64,000 nt of DNA from Fistulifera solaris (Eukaryota). Where the stretch lies: positions 1-64,000 of the forward strand of contig AP026136.1 in assembly GCA_030295235.1 (NCBI GenBank), written 5' to 3'. The notes under the pieces were generated by a model. It was given only the letters and a program-made list of their open reading frames with translations. It ran no database searches and was not told the origin of the DNA. The position numbers and the translations under genes were made by a program. This document shows, piece by piece, positions 1 through 11,900 of the stretch; positions within the stretch are counted from its first letter, which is position 1; each line of letters opens with the position of its first letter.

Positions 1-66
1 TAACCCTAACCTTAACCCTAACCCTAACCCTAACCCTAACCCTAACCCTAACTCTAACCCTAACCT
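1..66. repeat. Telomeric repeat (TAACCC)n = (TTAGGG)n on the minus strand; chromosome left end
   Basis: About 11 TAACCC units from base 1, with a few variants (extra T at ~12, TAACTC at ~49). They degenerate into TAACC/TAACT at the junction with the satellite. Confidence 0.97.
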
Positions 67-1935
67 AACTCTCACTTCTCACATCTCACATCTCCCTTCT
101 CACATCTCACTTCTCACATCTCACTTCTCACTTCTCACATCTCACTTCTCACTTCTCACTCTCTCACATCTCACTTCTCACATCTCACTTCTCACTTCTC
201 ACATCTCACATCTCACTTCTCACTTCTCACTTCTCACTTCTCACATCTCACTTCTCACTTCTCACATCTCACTTCTCACATCTCACTTCTCACTTCTCAC
301 TTCTCACATCTCACTTCTCACATCTCACATCTTACTTCTCACAACTCACTTTTCACATCTCATTTCTCACATCTCACTTCTCACTTCTCACATCTCACTT
401 CTCACTTCTCACATCTCACTTCTCACTTTTCACATCGCGACATCTCACTTCTCACATCTCACTTCTTACATTGCACACTTCCCACTATTGCACACCTCCG
501 ACCATTGCACACCTCCGACCATTGCACACTTCCCACTATTGCACACTTCTGACTATTGCACACTTCTGACTATTGCACACCTCCGACCATTGCACACCTC
601 CCACTATTGCACACCTCCCACTATTGCACACCTCCCACTATTGCACACTTCCAATTTTTTTGATCACTTTTGACTATTGCACACCTCCGACCATTGCACA
701 CCTCCCACTATTGCACACTTCCGACTTTTGCACAATCCACTTGAACAACTTGCACCCACTTGCACAACACACTTTCACAAACTTGCACACACTTGCACAA
801 CGCGACTTGCACAACTTGCACCCACCGCACAACACACTTTCACAAACTTGCACACACTTGCACAACGCGACTTGCACAACTTGCACCCACTTGACAACAC
901 ACTTTCACAAACTTGCACACACTTCCACAACGCGACTTGCACAACTACTCAAAACACTTCATCTCACTTCTCACTTCTCACTTCTCACATCTCACATCTC
1001 ACTTCTCACATCTCACTTCTCACTTCTCACTTCTCACATCTCACATCTCACTTCTCACAACTCACTTTTCACATCTCACTTCTCACATCTCACATCTCAC
1101 TTCTCACATCTCACTTCTCACATCTCACTTCTCACTTCTCACATCTCACTTTTCACATCTCACATCTCACTTTTCACATCTCACTTCTCACATCTCACTT
1201 CTCACATTTCACTTCTCACTTTTCACATCTCACATCTCACATCTCACTTCTCACATTGCACACTTCCCACTATTGCACACTCCGACTATTGCACACTTCC
1301 GACTATTGCACACCTCCCACTATTGCACACTTCTGACTATTGCACACTTCCCACTATTGCACACTTCTGACTATTGCACACTTCTGACTATTGCACACCT
1401 CCGACTATTGCACACCTCCGACCATTGCACACCTCCGACCATTGCACACCTCCGACCATTGCACACTTCCGACTATTGCACACTTCTGACTATTGCACAC
1501 TTCTGACTATTGCACACTTCCGACTATTGCACACTTCCGACTATTGCACACTTCCGACTATTGCACAATCCACTTGAACAACTTGCACCCACTTGCACAA
1601 CACACTTTCACAAACTTGCACACACTTGCACAACCCACTTGCACAACACACTTTCACAAACTTGCACACACTTCCACAACCCACTTGCACAACTACTCAA
1701 AACACAAAGCACTTGCACGACCTGCACAACTTGCACAACACACTTGAACAACTTGCACAACGCGACTTGATCAACTTGCACAACGCGACTTGCACAACGA
1801 CTTGCACAACGCAGACTTGCACAACACACTTGCACAACTTGCACTTGCAAACACTTGCACACACTTGCACAACTTGCATGCACTTTTCCTACTTGCATGC
1901 ACTTGCTTAATTTGCATGCACCTGCACAAAGCACT
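67..1935. repeat. Subtelomeric compound satellite: 7-mer TCTCAC[A/T] arrays, 19-mer CTATTGCACAC[C/T]TCC[C/G]A arrays and CACTTGCACAA-based arrays, with the block series occurring twice
   Basis: 7-mer blocks at ~67-468 and ~959-1254, 19-mer blocks at ~469-727 and ~1255-1565, CACTTGCACAA-type blocks at ~728-958 and ~1561-1935. Confidence 0.95.
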
Positions 1936-1949
1936 TGCATATTTTGCAC

Positions 1950-2130
1950 CGACTCTAGAATTTCTGGGACATCAACAAAACCTTTCTGTGACCGAGAATA
2001 AAAATTCCAGAATTTCTGGATTGCACACAAAATCTCTGAGTGACGAAAACACCGGTTCCAGAATTTCTGGAACATCCAAAGAATATCTGTGTGATTTCAA
2101 AACACCGATTTCAGCTTTTCTGGAAACGGG
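1950..2130. repeat. About 4 degenerate ~52-bp tandem units with palindromic core TTCCAGAATTTCTGGAA
   Basis: Cores at ~1954 (TCTAGAATTTCTGGGA), ~2005 (TTCCAGAATTTCTGGAT), ~2056 (TTCCAGAATTTCTGGAA) and ~2109 (TTTCAGCTTTTCTGGAA). Confidence 0.75.
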
Positions 2131-2933
2131 AGCATGGCCAATCTATAAAAGTAAAATAAAGCTACTAGACAAGAATCAAGGAAGAGTATAGCAAACTGAC
2201 TATTTTATCAATGTCGATAGCTTTGCAATGTAATGGTGATGGATGATGCTTGTTTTTTGTTGTTCGCGTTGTTTTTGTCTTGGTTGCTGGTCATTTCGAT
2301 CAAGTTTGTCTTTTGAAAATTCACACTGTTTCAGTAGACATTCCGAAACGAATTCCAATTTTTAAAAGAATGAAATAGATCTAAATGGTACGCTTCACCC
2401 CACAGTAGAGGTTTTTTGTTAGGGGGTCAGAGAAGGGGTCTCTTACACACTTTAGCCCCACAAAAGTTCAAATCCTTAGTGCTTTGCCTGACTTTCCGTT
2501 GGTCAGTCACCCGTCCACGTCCTTTTTCATTGATCTTAAAATTAATTCACGTTCCTCTTTCATTGATCCTTTTTCATACCCATGTTCTTTCTCTTTTAAT
2601 TTCCGATCATTTTGACCCCCCAGAGCTCCAGGACAGGACGGGTTTACCTTTGTTCTCCTTCTTTCAAGTTTCCCCTGTTTTTCTCCGTCGCCTACGGGCA
2701 TCCCAGTACAAATTCTACACAGAATGACCGCAGCGAAGCAGGTCGTCCGTCAAATTTCATTCTATTGCCAGTTTTGCATTCATGCGACCTCCTTTGAACC
2801 TTTCTGTTTAGTGAAGTTCTTACAGTTGGTTCTTGACATACTGATGCAGAACATGCATTGAGCATGATTCTTTCATTTTTATGCTGCAAGACTCTCCAGT
2901 GATTTCTCACTTAATTCCCAGTACGATTCTTAC

Positions 2934-3740
2934 GCCACAACAGTCCCCAGGTCACATCTTGCTTTTTTGAACGATCTCTTAGCGATACCGATCTCTGAGC
3001 ACCGGGCTTTCCTTCTTTCCAAGTTCCCCTTTAAAGCCACCACAGTCCCAGTACACACATCCTGTGTTTCCAAACAACTTTCTCTCCCAACAATCTCCAA
3101 GTGTCAGGCTTCTTCTTTTCCCGAGCTCCCCTTTCAAGCCACAACAGTCCCCAGTCCACATCTTGTGTTTCTGAACAATCTCTTAGCTATCCCGATCCCC
3201 GAGCATTAGGCTTTTCCCACTTTCCCGGAAGTTCCCTTTTAAAGCCACCACAGTCCCCAGTACACACATCCTGTGTTTCCAAACAATTTTCTCAGTCCCA
3301 ACAATCTCCAAGTGTCAGGCTTCTTCTTTTCCCCGAGCTCCCCTTTCAAGCCACAACAGTCCCCAGTCCACATCTTTATGCTTTCTGAACAATCTCTTAG
3401 CTATCCCGATCCCCCGAAAGCATTAGGCTTTTCCCTCTTCCCGGAAGTTCCCTTTTAAAGCCACCACAGTCCCCAGTACACACATCCTGTGTTTCCAAAC
3501 AATTTTCTCAGTCCCAACAATCTCCAAGTGTCAGGCTTCTTCTTTTCCCGAGCTCCCCTTTCAAGCCACAACAGTCCCCAGTCCACATCTTTATGCTTTC
3601 TGAACAATCTCTTAGCTATCCCGATCCCCGAAAGCATTAGGCTTTTCCCTCTTCCGAAGTTCCCTTTTAAAGCCACCACAGTCCCCAGTACACACATCCT
3701 GTGTTTCCAAACAATTTTCTCAGTCCCAACAATCTCCAAG
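2934..3740. repeat. Tandem repeat, ~3.8 copies of a ~205-215 bp unit built from two related halves
   Basis: GCCACAACAGTCCCCAG recurs at ~2934, 3138, 3350 and 3565, alternating with the related AAAGCCACCACAGTCCC(C)AGTACACACATCC half-unit. Confidence 0.93.
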
Positions 3741-4124
3741 CATCTGGCTCACACTCAACAGATCACTATTATTTCAAGCTAACCAGTATCCCAGATCTCT
3801 ACAAAAATAACATGATTCCGGGGCAACCTGGACGCCCAATTCATTGCAGGCTGCCGCTTTCACGCAGGTACGGACCCCTAAGAAACGAGTAGGACGTGAA
3901 ATCTAAAATTACATGTTAAATGTTAAATGCTTTGCCTGACTGGGAGTCGCGTTTCATTCACGACTGGATTTCTCCAACGTTACGGGACTGAAACTTAGTT
4001 GTGTCGCCAGTCGCAACAGTCCTCGTGACGTTCAACCAAAGCATTGAAGAAGTCAATTATTGCGGTGCTATACCTGGTAATAAAAAGGGGGTCGAAACAA
4101 TCCGTTTTTGACAGCAAGTTCACA

Positions 4125-4997
4125 ATGATCTATTCTCTGTTGCTTTTTACTACACTGTCGCTCAGTCGCGATGCTTTACTGCTATCGAAACAATCAACAA
4201 AATGTCCGAAGAGCGCACTATCCGCCGTAAACGATCACTCTCGGCGGAGAATGATTGCATGGTTGCCATCGGCTGTAACCATTGCGCCAAATGTTGTTTT
4301 TGCGGCAGAAGAGACCTTGTCGGTTCTCGATATGAAGGAGTTTGTCGATCCTATGGGTCTATTTTACATTCAGGTACCCAATTCCTTCTATACCTTGCGT
4401 CGATCTGCCAAGGGCGATTTACCAGACGGCAACGGACAAGGCCGTCGCGGTTCAAGTATATTCACTGCAGGTAACATGGCGAAAGCTGAACTTATTGCTG
4501 TTGAACGGTAAGTGACTCAGGTTTACTCGTCGATCAGTCATAAAGCCTTACGGTTTGTACGAAGATTTCCGACAAAACAGCTGCTCGAGGAAAATGGTAT
4601 TGAAGCGACCGGTGATTTGAGCACATTTCCTGGTCTCGGTGAATCAAGTGCTGTTGCTAGCCTCATTGTAGCTAGACGAGAAAAAGGATCTGCGACGACC
4701 AATACTCAAATTGTTCCGGATTCATTATTTTTAAGCGCCGACGGAAAGGAATTGCGTTTTCGATTGAGAACGGAAATTGATGTTCAAAAACCGGAGCTTT
4801 TGATGGAACAGTACGGTGTTTCTGCATTGTATCGTATCACATCGGCAAAAGCGACTTTGCGCTCAAATGATGGTTATTTAATGGCTGTCTTCGCTAGTGG
4901 CTTGGAACGAGATTACTTGGGGCCGGATGGAGTGGCTTTAGAACACTCCGTGTCTAGTTTCGAAGTCGTTGATAGAGCTGAGCTTGGCGCTATTTGA
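4125..4997 (+). CDS. Probable thylakoid-lumen protein, PsbP-like; 2 exons (intron 4508-4564)
   Basis: Hydrophobic signal peptide (MIYSLLLFTTLSL), then SRRR..hydrophobic..VFA-AEE resembling a Tat lumen signal, and 'FVDPMGLFYIQVP' resembling a PsbP-domain start. The intron GTAAGT...GAAG joins the two ORFs in frame (VER|FPTK). The family call is tentative. Confidence 0.65.
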
Positions 4998-5099
4998 GAG
5001 CAATAGATAAAACGAATGCGTTACCGCATGCTAATTAGTAGTTTGATCCATTGATGCAACCTAAAATGATTGATACTTCTGTCTTATTTTGCGACGCGC

Positions 5100-5810
5100 T
5101 CACGCAAATGAGAGAACAAAAATCAAAGTTAAGCTACCAAGAGTGCTTGCAAACATTCGAAAGGTCACGGAGGCACTGGATGACCCGCCCTGAGAAGATA
5201 CAGGGGCACTTCCGGGCGGGCGGTCGGCATCGGTGCAACCGAAAATCAATCCATCAACACCTGCGGTTTGATTATCGCACGTTAGTTCTCCACAGCCTCC
5301 ACTGTAATCACATTCACTAATGAAAACCCCGCCACAAAAGTTGTAACAGTCATGTTGTCGGTTAGGGCTGACTTTGGCCATGAGTTCAGCGCAGAATTCT
5401 TTGTTTTGAACTTCCGGACATACTTGCGGAACTGGAGCAGCAGTAGGTGTCGAAGTCGTCGGAGCCGCTGTTGTAGCCTGGGGACACGGAGTGCCGTCCG
5501 TTGCTGTACAGGTGCAATTCGCCGTGCAAGTAACCAAACAATCATCGGCGGTGCACGCTCCTAGAGACATAGTGTCTGTCGTCACATTTAATGCCGCCCA
5601 AACGGTTCCTTCAACAGTAGATGTTGGCTGACCACCTGCATAGTCGAACGAAGCAAAGTTCTCTTCCCGGAAAAAGCACCGAGCTCCGTCGAAAATACAT
5701 TCAAATGAGGCGCCATTTACGACGTCGAAGTAATTGTTTCGTCCGAGAATAGTTTCGTCAGCTGTCGTCGCAGCGAATGAGAGAAAAAGCGCAAGGAAAA
5801 TAGCCTTCAT
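5100..5810 (-). CDS. Secreted Cys-rich protein with Thr/Pro linker and hydrophobic C-terminus (possible GPI/membrane anchor)
   Basis: 236 aa ORF with signal peptide MKAIFLALFLSFAATTA, two Cys clusters, a TAAPT linker, and a Ser/Gly stretch before a terminal hydrophobic segment. Confidence 0.8.
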   Translation of the reverse strand: MKAIFLALFLSFAATTADETILGRNNYFDVVNGASFECIFDGARCFFREENFASFDYAGGQPTSTVEGTVWAALNVTTDTMSLGACTADDCLVTCTANCTCTATDGTPCPQATTAAPTTSTPTAAPVPQVCPEVQNKEFCAELMAKVSPNRQHDCYNFCGGVFISECDYSGGCGELTCDNQTAGVDGLIFGCTDADRPPGSAPVSSQGGSSSASVTFRMFASTLGSLTLIFVLSFA

Positions 5811-6331
5811 TCTTATTGAAGGTAGTGTTTAGTTCAGAATTGAAAGTAGCTTGCTGATTGCTGTCTGATCAAAGTCATCGATCACCAATCGAACTTTGAT
5901 CGACGGTATCGTGCATTGTAAGTCGTCAATGCCTCATGCCTCATTATTTTCGCGTATAAAATGACCCCTTCTAAAGTCTTTCGTGGACTTTTATCGTGTG
6001 ATGCGGGTCATTCACAAGATGTACACAGACGGCTATGGTCTATGGTCACATAGAACGGATCCCACATGTGACTTTAACGGAAATTTACATAGACTTCAAC
6101 AATTTTTAGACCCGAGAATGGAGAGTGCAAACACGTCGGAGCTAGAGCTAAAGGCTTTAAGGTTAGTTAGCTAAATCAAACTTGATCTTGCAGGATGCTC
6201 ACGAAGTATTTTTCTTCGTCGAACAAGGATTTAAATACACGCTTTGTATACTGATTTACCGCCTAACGTAAATTTCAAGGAATACACGATTTATGCCCTC
6301 GCTTTACAAATACAAATAATCATGTTTATTT

Positions 6332-8349
6332 TTAGAGAATTAGGTCTCCATGATCCGTTCCATTTGCTGCAGGATGTCGTGCCAATCGTTCCGGCACTTT
6401 GTTCCCGGTACTCTCCAAATATGCTTTCAATGCAGCCATGATACCCGTGTCCTCTTCTGTTATCAGAGACGTAGCCAAACCTTCTTTGCCAGCTCGACCT
6501 GTACGACCGATGCGATGCGTATAGTTTTCAATGCTTCGTGAGGGCAAATCGTAATTTATGACATGGGCAACATCTGGTACATCTAAACCACGTCCAGCAA
6601 CGTCAGTTGCGACCATGACTACGCCTCCACGACGGAATGTCGCGAGACTCTCTTCTCGCTGCTCTTGCGTTTTGCCACCGTGAAGCACAACCACTTGTCG
6701 TCCCGCGCGCTCAACAATTCGTCCAACATACTCAGCGTGTTTCTTTTCGTTCACGAATACAATAACCTTTTCGTACAAAAAGCGAAGATTGCTGATTTGT
6801 TGCATCAAAGCCTTTTCTTTCAATGCAGGTGAAGCTAACCAGACTAACTCTTGCACAATTCGAGAGTTTTTACCGGATCTTTGATCCCCTATGCTTACCA
6901 CAGCTGGGTAGCGTAAGTAAGCTTTTGCTATCTTTTCAACTTCAGGTGGCATCGTAGCGCTGAACATGGCTGTTATACGATAGCGAGCTACAGCGTTCTG
7001 ATTCTGCAAATCTTCTTGTTCTTGTTGATAAGCTCTCAGTTCATCATCCGCCGACTTTAGCATTCCTCCCATCGAGTCTAATATAGACTGAACCTGAGGT
7101 AAAAATCCCATGTCTACCATTCGATCTGCTTCATCGAGTACGACATAACAGCACTGATTGAGCACCAAATACGCCATCTCGATGCAATCGTTGATTCTCC
7201 CGGGAGTTCCGACAACGATGTGCACCCCTTTGCGCACTTGCTGAGCCTGTTGTTGAATAGCTTGTCCGCCTACAATAGGACAGGTAATGAGATTTGGCGT
7301 AAGGCTCAAGAGTTTTCGAAACTCCCCATCGATTTGCACAGCCAACTCTCGCGTCGGTGCAAGAACCAATGCCAAAGGCCCTTCCTCCGCTACTCGCTGC
7401 AAAACAGCGGTTGGTAGTTGCATCAAATAATGACAAAGTGGAACACCAAAGGCAACAGTCTTTCCACTTCCCGTCTCCGCGATACCAATCATATCTCTTC
7501 TCTGCAATCCTACCGGAATCGCCTGTCGTTGAATAGGAGAAGGTTCTTTAAATCTCATGACGTCGAAAAGCGCCTTTATGAGAAGCGGATGAATGGAAGG
7601 GAGTCCTGGTGAAGCCTCTTCAAAAGATCGTAGCGGCGGGGGTGCTTGTCCTCCTCGTACGTGTATTTCGTAATTTTCCCGCAGAATTCTCCAATCTCGA
7701 TTGGTCATTTGTGACAAGGGTTTCTGCATGGCCGATTCTCGATTTGCTACTTCGTTTTCCAGTAATTTGACTTTTTTGCTCTGGAATGACTGTGGCTTTA
7801 CAAAGACGGGAGTGGCGTAAAGAGGATCATCGGTCTCAAAGGTGTCGTCCGTATCATCCCATTGAAATTTAAACATGGTTCTCTTTTTGGACCCCCGCTG
7901 TTGCTTCTGTTTCGCTTCCATTTCTTGATTCAAAGAATCATCCTTGACACCTAAATACGTGTCCTTTATCACTGCATGTTGTTTTTGCGTCAAATCGCTG
8001 CCGGCTGTCGACGTTCTAGAGAGTAGGCTACTTTCCACTGGCTCGGACTGTGGCTGTTTCTTAACGAGTTCAGTAGGTTCATCTTTGATTGCTGTCTGTT
8101 GTTTCCGCTTTTGTTTCGGTACGTAAACTACTCTTCCGCCATTGATTTTATTATTTGAATGTGTTTTCTGCCATGGCTTTTCGAATTGCTGTCGTTCTAA
8201 CTCTTTTGACGCAATGCACGTTCAATAGCTCTTTGCTCGGCTCGTTCTTCTGCGCGTTTCGCCGCTTCTGCTGCTGCCAACGCTTCCTTTCGTTCAAATT
8301 CGGATAATCCTTCTAATAAGGCAGGATCTATTAATGTTTCGAGTTGCAT
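6332..8349 (-). CDS. DDX23: DEAD-box splicing RNA helicase PRP28/DDX23 (N-terminus split by apparent indels upstream of ~8040)
   Basis: Helicase motifs AETGSGKT, LAPTRELA, DEAD, SAT and HRIGRTGRAG, plus the PRP28-type 'DWRILRENYEI..RGG..PPPLRSF' and 'FKFQWD'. An upstream ATG at 8349 reads MQLETLIDPALLEGLSEFERKEALAAAEAAKRAEERAEQRAIERALRQK and is broken at an A-run near 8205. Confidence 0.92.
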
Positions 8350-8970
8350 CTTGAACGTATCGAGTGTACAAGTAATTAAAGCCCCAATTCTTCATCGTCA
8401 TTATCGCAAAGGCAGCAACGCCGTCGCACATAAAGTCGACGATGATTCATGACTGAAATACCGCAGTCGTGGTGAAAAGTCGTCTTCTCTTCGAGCCATA
8501 GTGAATACAGAGAAACTATACCTCGACAACTTTTCGACATCATAAAACAGCGAGTGCTGTGCAAACGCATCTGAGCGTGATTGCAGTGTAATGGAGACAA
8601 ATGTAAAATATTGAGAAAGAGTAGTTAGTAAATTATAGGTAGATGCACTCTAATTCCTCAATTCATGACTGATGACTGAAGTATGGGTCGTGCGTGGGCG
8701 ATCGGCGATTTGAGTGCCGGCTCACTTAGAGAAAGGAGTACCGAACCGCAGCCGTTGACACTGACGTCTTTTTGGATTTCTTGGACGAGAAAAGAGGTGA
8801 TGCTTTTCTTTTGCAAACAAAAATCTTGGTTGTCGTTTGTCGTACAACATCAACTCGCTCGTTGACACTTACATGACTTATCGTCTATCATCTTTAATCT
8901 TACAGATCGACTTATTACTATCAAAGAAGATCAACCGACGAGACGTCGTTTTCGCCGCAACGCAGCTACG

Positions 8971-11900
8971 ATGCATTTGAAACGACGATTCAAACTTCTA
9001 TCGATTCTTCTGGCGATCGCTTCTGTAAGCGGTTTTACTTTGTCGAACCGACGACAATGGAGAGCTCCCATCCTTTTCTCCGCTTCTTCAAACTATGATA
9101 ATGCTGCTTCAAGCGAACGTCCTCCGCAGGTAGCTTTATTACTGCATCAAAGAGTCGACCCGATAGCAGCTCTCGGTTTGCTCTCGTCGAAAGGATATCA
9201 AGTTACTGCGTTTTACATTCAGCAATATGAGAACATGCTGGATCAAAATGAGCTAGTCGATTTAGAACGACGTTGTGCGCGCTACGGGGCTCCAATGCAA
9301 GTAATGGAGGCACCTCCTGTCGCAGGACCGCCCTCGGAATTCGTTTTGAGTGATGCACGAGACAAAATCAAGCTTTTCCAGCAAAACGGATTTGACTTTG
9401 ATTATGTAGCGACATGGTATCAAGTTTCGGTGCAACTAGGAGAAAGAGGTGATGGAATTCAGTTAATGCAGCCGTCGGATGCAACTAATGGCGACTCTTT
9501 TTTACTGTGTATGCTAAACCGAGATCAATTGGATACTTTGGTGCCCAAGCAGAATGCCGCGTCGGTCTCAAAGCAAGAAAAGAATATATTCGGACAAATT
9601 GTGGACTTCTTTGTACCAAAGGAAAAGAACGATTATTCAAGTTATGAAAGAACGAGTGCAGAAAGTCAAGCCTCTCGGCAGCAAGCGTCAAATAAGAATG
9701 AGTACGAGGAACAAAAAGATCGTCAATCAAAAGATGCGATCACCGAGTCAAATCCGAACAATACTCCTCAGTCACCTGCCGTAAGACCCTTGCAAACATT
9801 GCCCCTTCAGCAGCAAACAGCAAGTACGGTGGCAGCTCCTCGCAGACCACCACCAAAAACTTTTTCAAAAGATGCTTCGTCTTCTCCACGGACACAGTCT
9901 CTCGATCCCCTTGTTGGAACTTCACGAGCCGACCCTAGTACCCGGTCGTCTTGGCGTGCGAGTCAAGGGCCACCATCGGCGCTTGGCCCAGATTTTACAG
10001 GCTCAAACACATATCCCGGTGCAGATGCTGCTAGACGAGCACGTCCTTTAGATCCATGGCGCAGTGAACGCACGAGCAATCAGATGTTGCAAAGCGATAA
10101 CATGCAAAGCAGACCTTCGAGCAATTGGGGAGCACGTAATGGACAATCCGCAACCGACGGGACCATTGCACTACAAAATATTTATGGCAATAGCGGGAAT
10201 AGTGCTGTGTCTTCGTGGACGACGCGAAGTGAAGATCGCGGACAGGGTTTTTACGCGGACAAGCGTGTGGACGATGGTGGAGCTTCAATAACAGAAACGA
10301 CGAAGCCTCGCGACAATATACCACCTTCCCGGCAATACTCTACACCAAAGAAACGACCCGAACCGTTGATGCCCATAGATGCTCCACGAAGCGAAGCAAT
10401 GTCAGCATGGACTGGATCAACAGTATCAAGTAGAAGCGCTTCTAACTACCCAGAGCGCCTTCTGTCTGGTTCTTCGTCATGGGTCACAGGTGCCAGGTCT
10501 AATAAGGACATTCGACCGGATCCTTTACAGCCCACAGACCCTCGCCCTAATGAGGCAGTATCAACATGGACTGGATCAACGTATTCGTCGTCAAGCAGAA
10601 ACACCAATCAACAAAATCCTCTTCAACCGATCGATCCCCCACCAAGCGATGCAACATCTGTTTGGACTGGATCCATTCCTGGAAGAAGCAACGAAAGGAA
10701 TTCAAATGATGACTTCTCAAGAATGCCAGTCAGTACAGAACTTCGAACGCGGGGAAAGTCTGACTATGTGTCCGATGTTCGTAACCCATCCCAGAGGTCA
10801 ATCAAAGCCGATGCTCCGACTGAACAAAAAAAGGTAGACGACTTCTACCAAAACCGTAGACCTCCCGAACCAGATAGTCAACAAGCGGAAACTTTGAAAC
10901 AAGACGATAGATGGGGACGGCCCGAATCGAATAATTTTTATGATTCCAACAATGTGGACGGACAACCCAATTGGAATGCCCCGCAACCACAAGAACAGCT
11001 GTACCAAGATCGCATCAACGGATCAGGACAAGACGGTACTACTAAAACATGGGAACCGCTGGAAGCCGAAGCATTATATGAGGCAGTGCAAGACGCATTT
11101 GCGTATTTCTCTCAACTTGCACCGGAACAAGTTCGTAGCGATTTGAAACAACGAGGTGAATGGTACGAACTAGAACAGTTTCCTCTGGAAATTCTTGTGA
11201 CACCACAGGCTTCCGTAGAAGATTGTTCTTCGCGTGTTTCTATTCAAACAGGGTTTTTCCAAGAAAATGGCGACTGGATTATGTACGGGTTCCAAGGCGA
11301 GACGGAATCCTTAGTCCTTCGCGGTTTAATTCAAATTTTATCCGATATTACACAGGAAGTTTCTATTGATGCAGTGCTGGCTTTACCACCCAACGAAATC
11401 GTGAAAGTCTTGGGTTTAGAACCAGCATTACGGCAAAAAGAAAAGAGAGACATGATTGCAATCTGGAACTCCCTGCAACAGCAAATTCAAGAAACAATCT
11501 TTGGGTATTCAAGAAATAAAAACGATTTGGAATACCAGCCGTCGATTATGGGAACCTCAATCCCGGGGACCGGAAACGATAAGTCTGAAGCTCGGAAAGG
11601 ATGGGGTCCAGAGTCGAGCACGAGCAATAATAAGAAGCAACCGAATACATCGGGATCGCCTCCTCCTTTTGCTATCTGGGATCCGACCAGTTCAACAGCA
11701 CAGTCATCACCTCCACCAAGTTCCCCTTCGTCTTCGCCTTCGGATAGGCTTTCCCGTCTTGACCGATTGTCGTCAACTTCCACTCCTAAATTTGCAGACG
11801 GTGCTCAAGTTGATGCTTCGGCAAACAAAGCTCCATGGGACAACTGGACACCGCCGCCTACGCAGGACAAGCAGTCAACGCCACCAAATGCTCCATCTAC

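Noticed and set aside
488..2191. Many overlapping His/Thr/Leu-rich ORFs
   Set aside because: They are translations of stop-poor satellite DNA in all frames and use non-ATG starts.
469..3740. Regular repeats as a possible CRISPR array
   Set aside because: The units are contiguous with no unique spacers, there are no cas genes, and the context is a eukaryotic subtelomere.
2967..3782. Short ORFs within the 210-bp repeat
   Set aside because: The frame changes between copies and there is no protein-like conservation.
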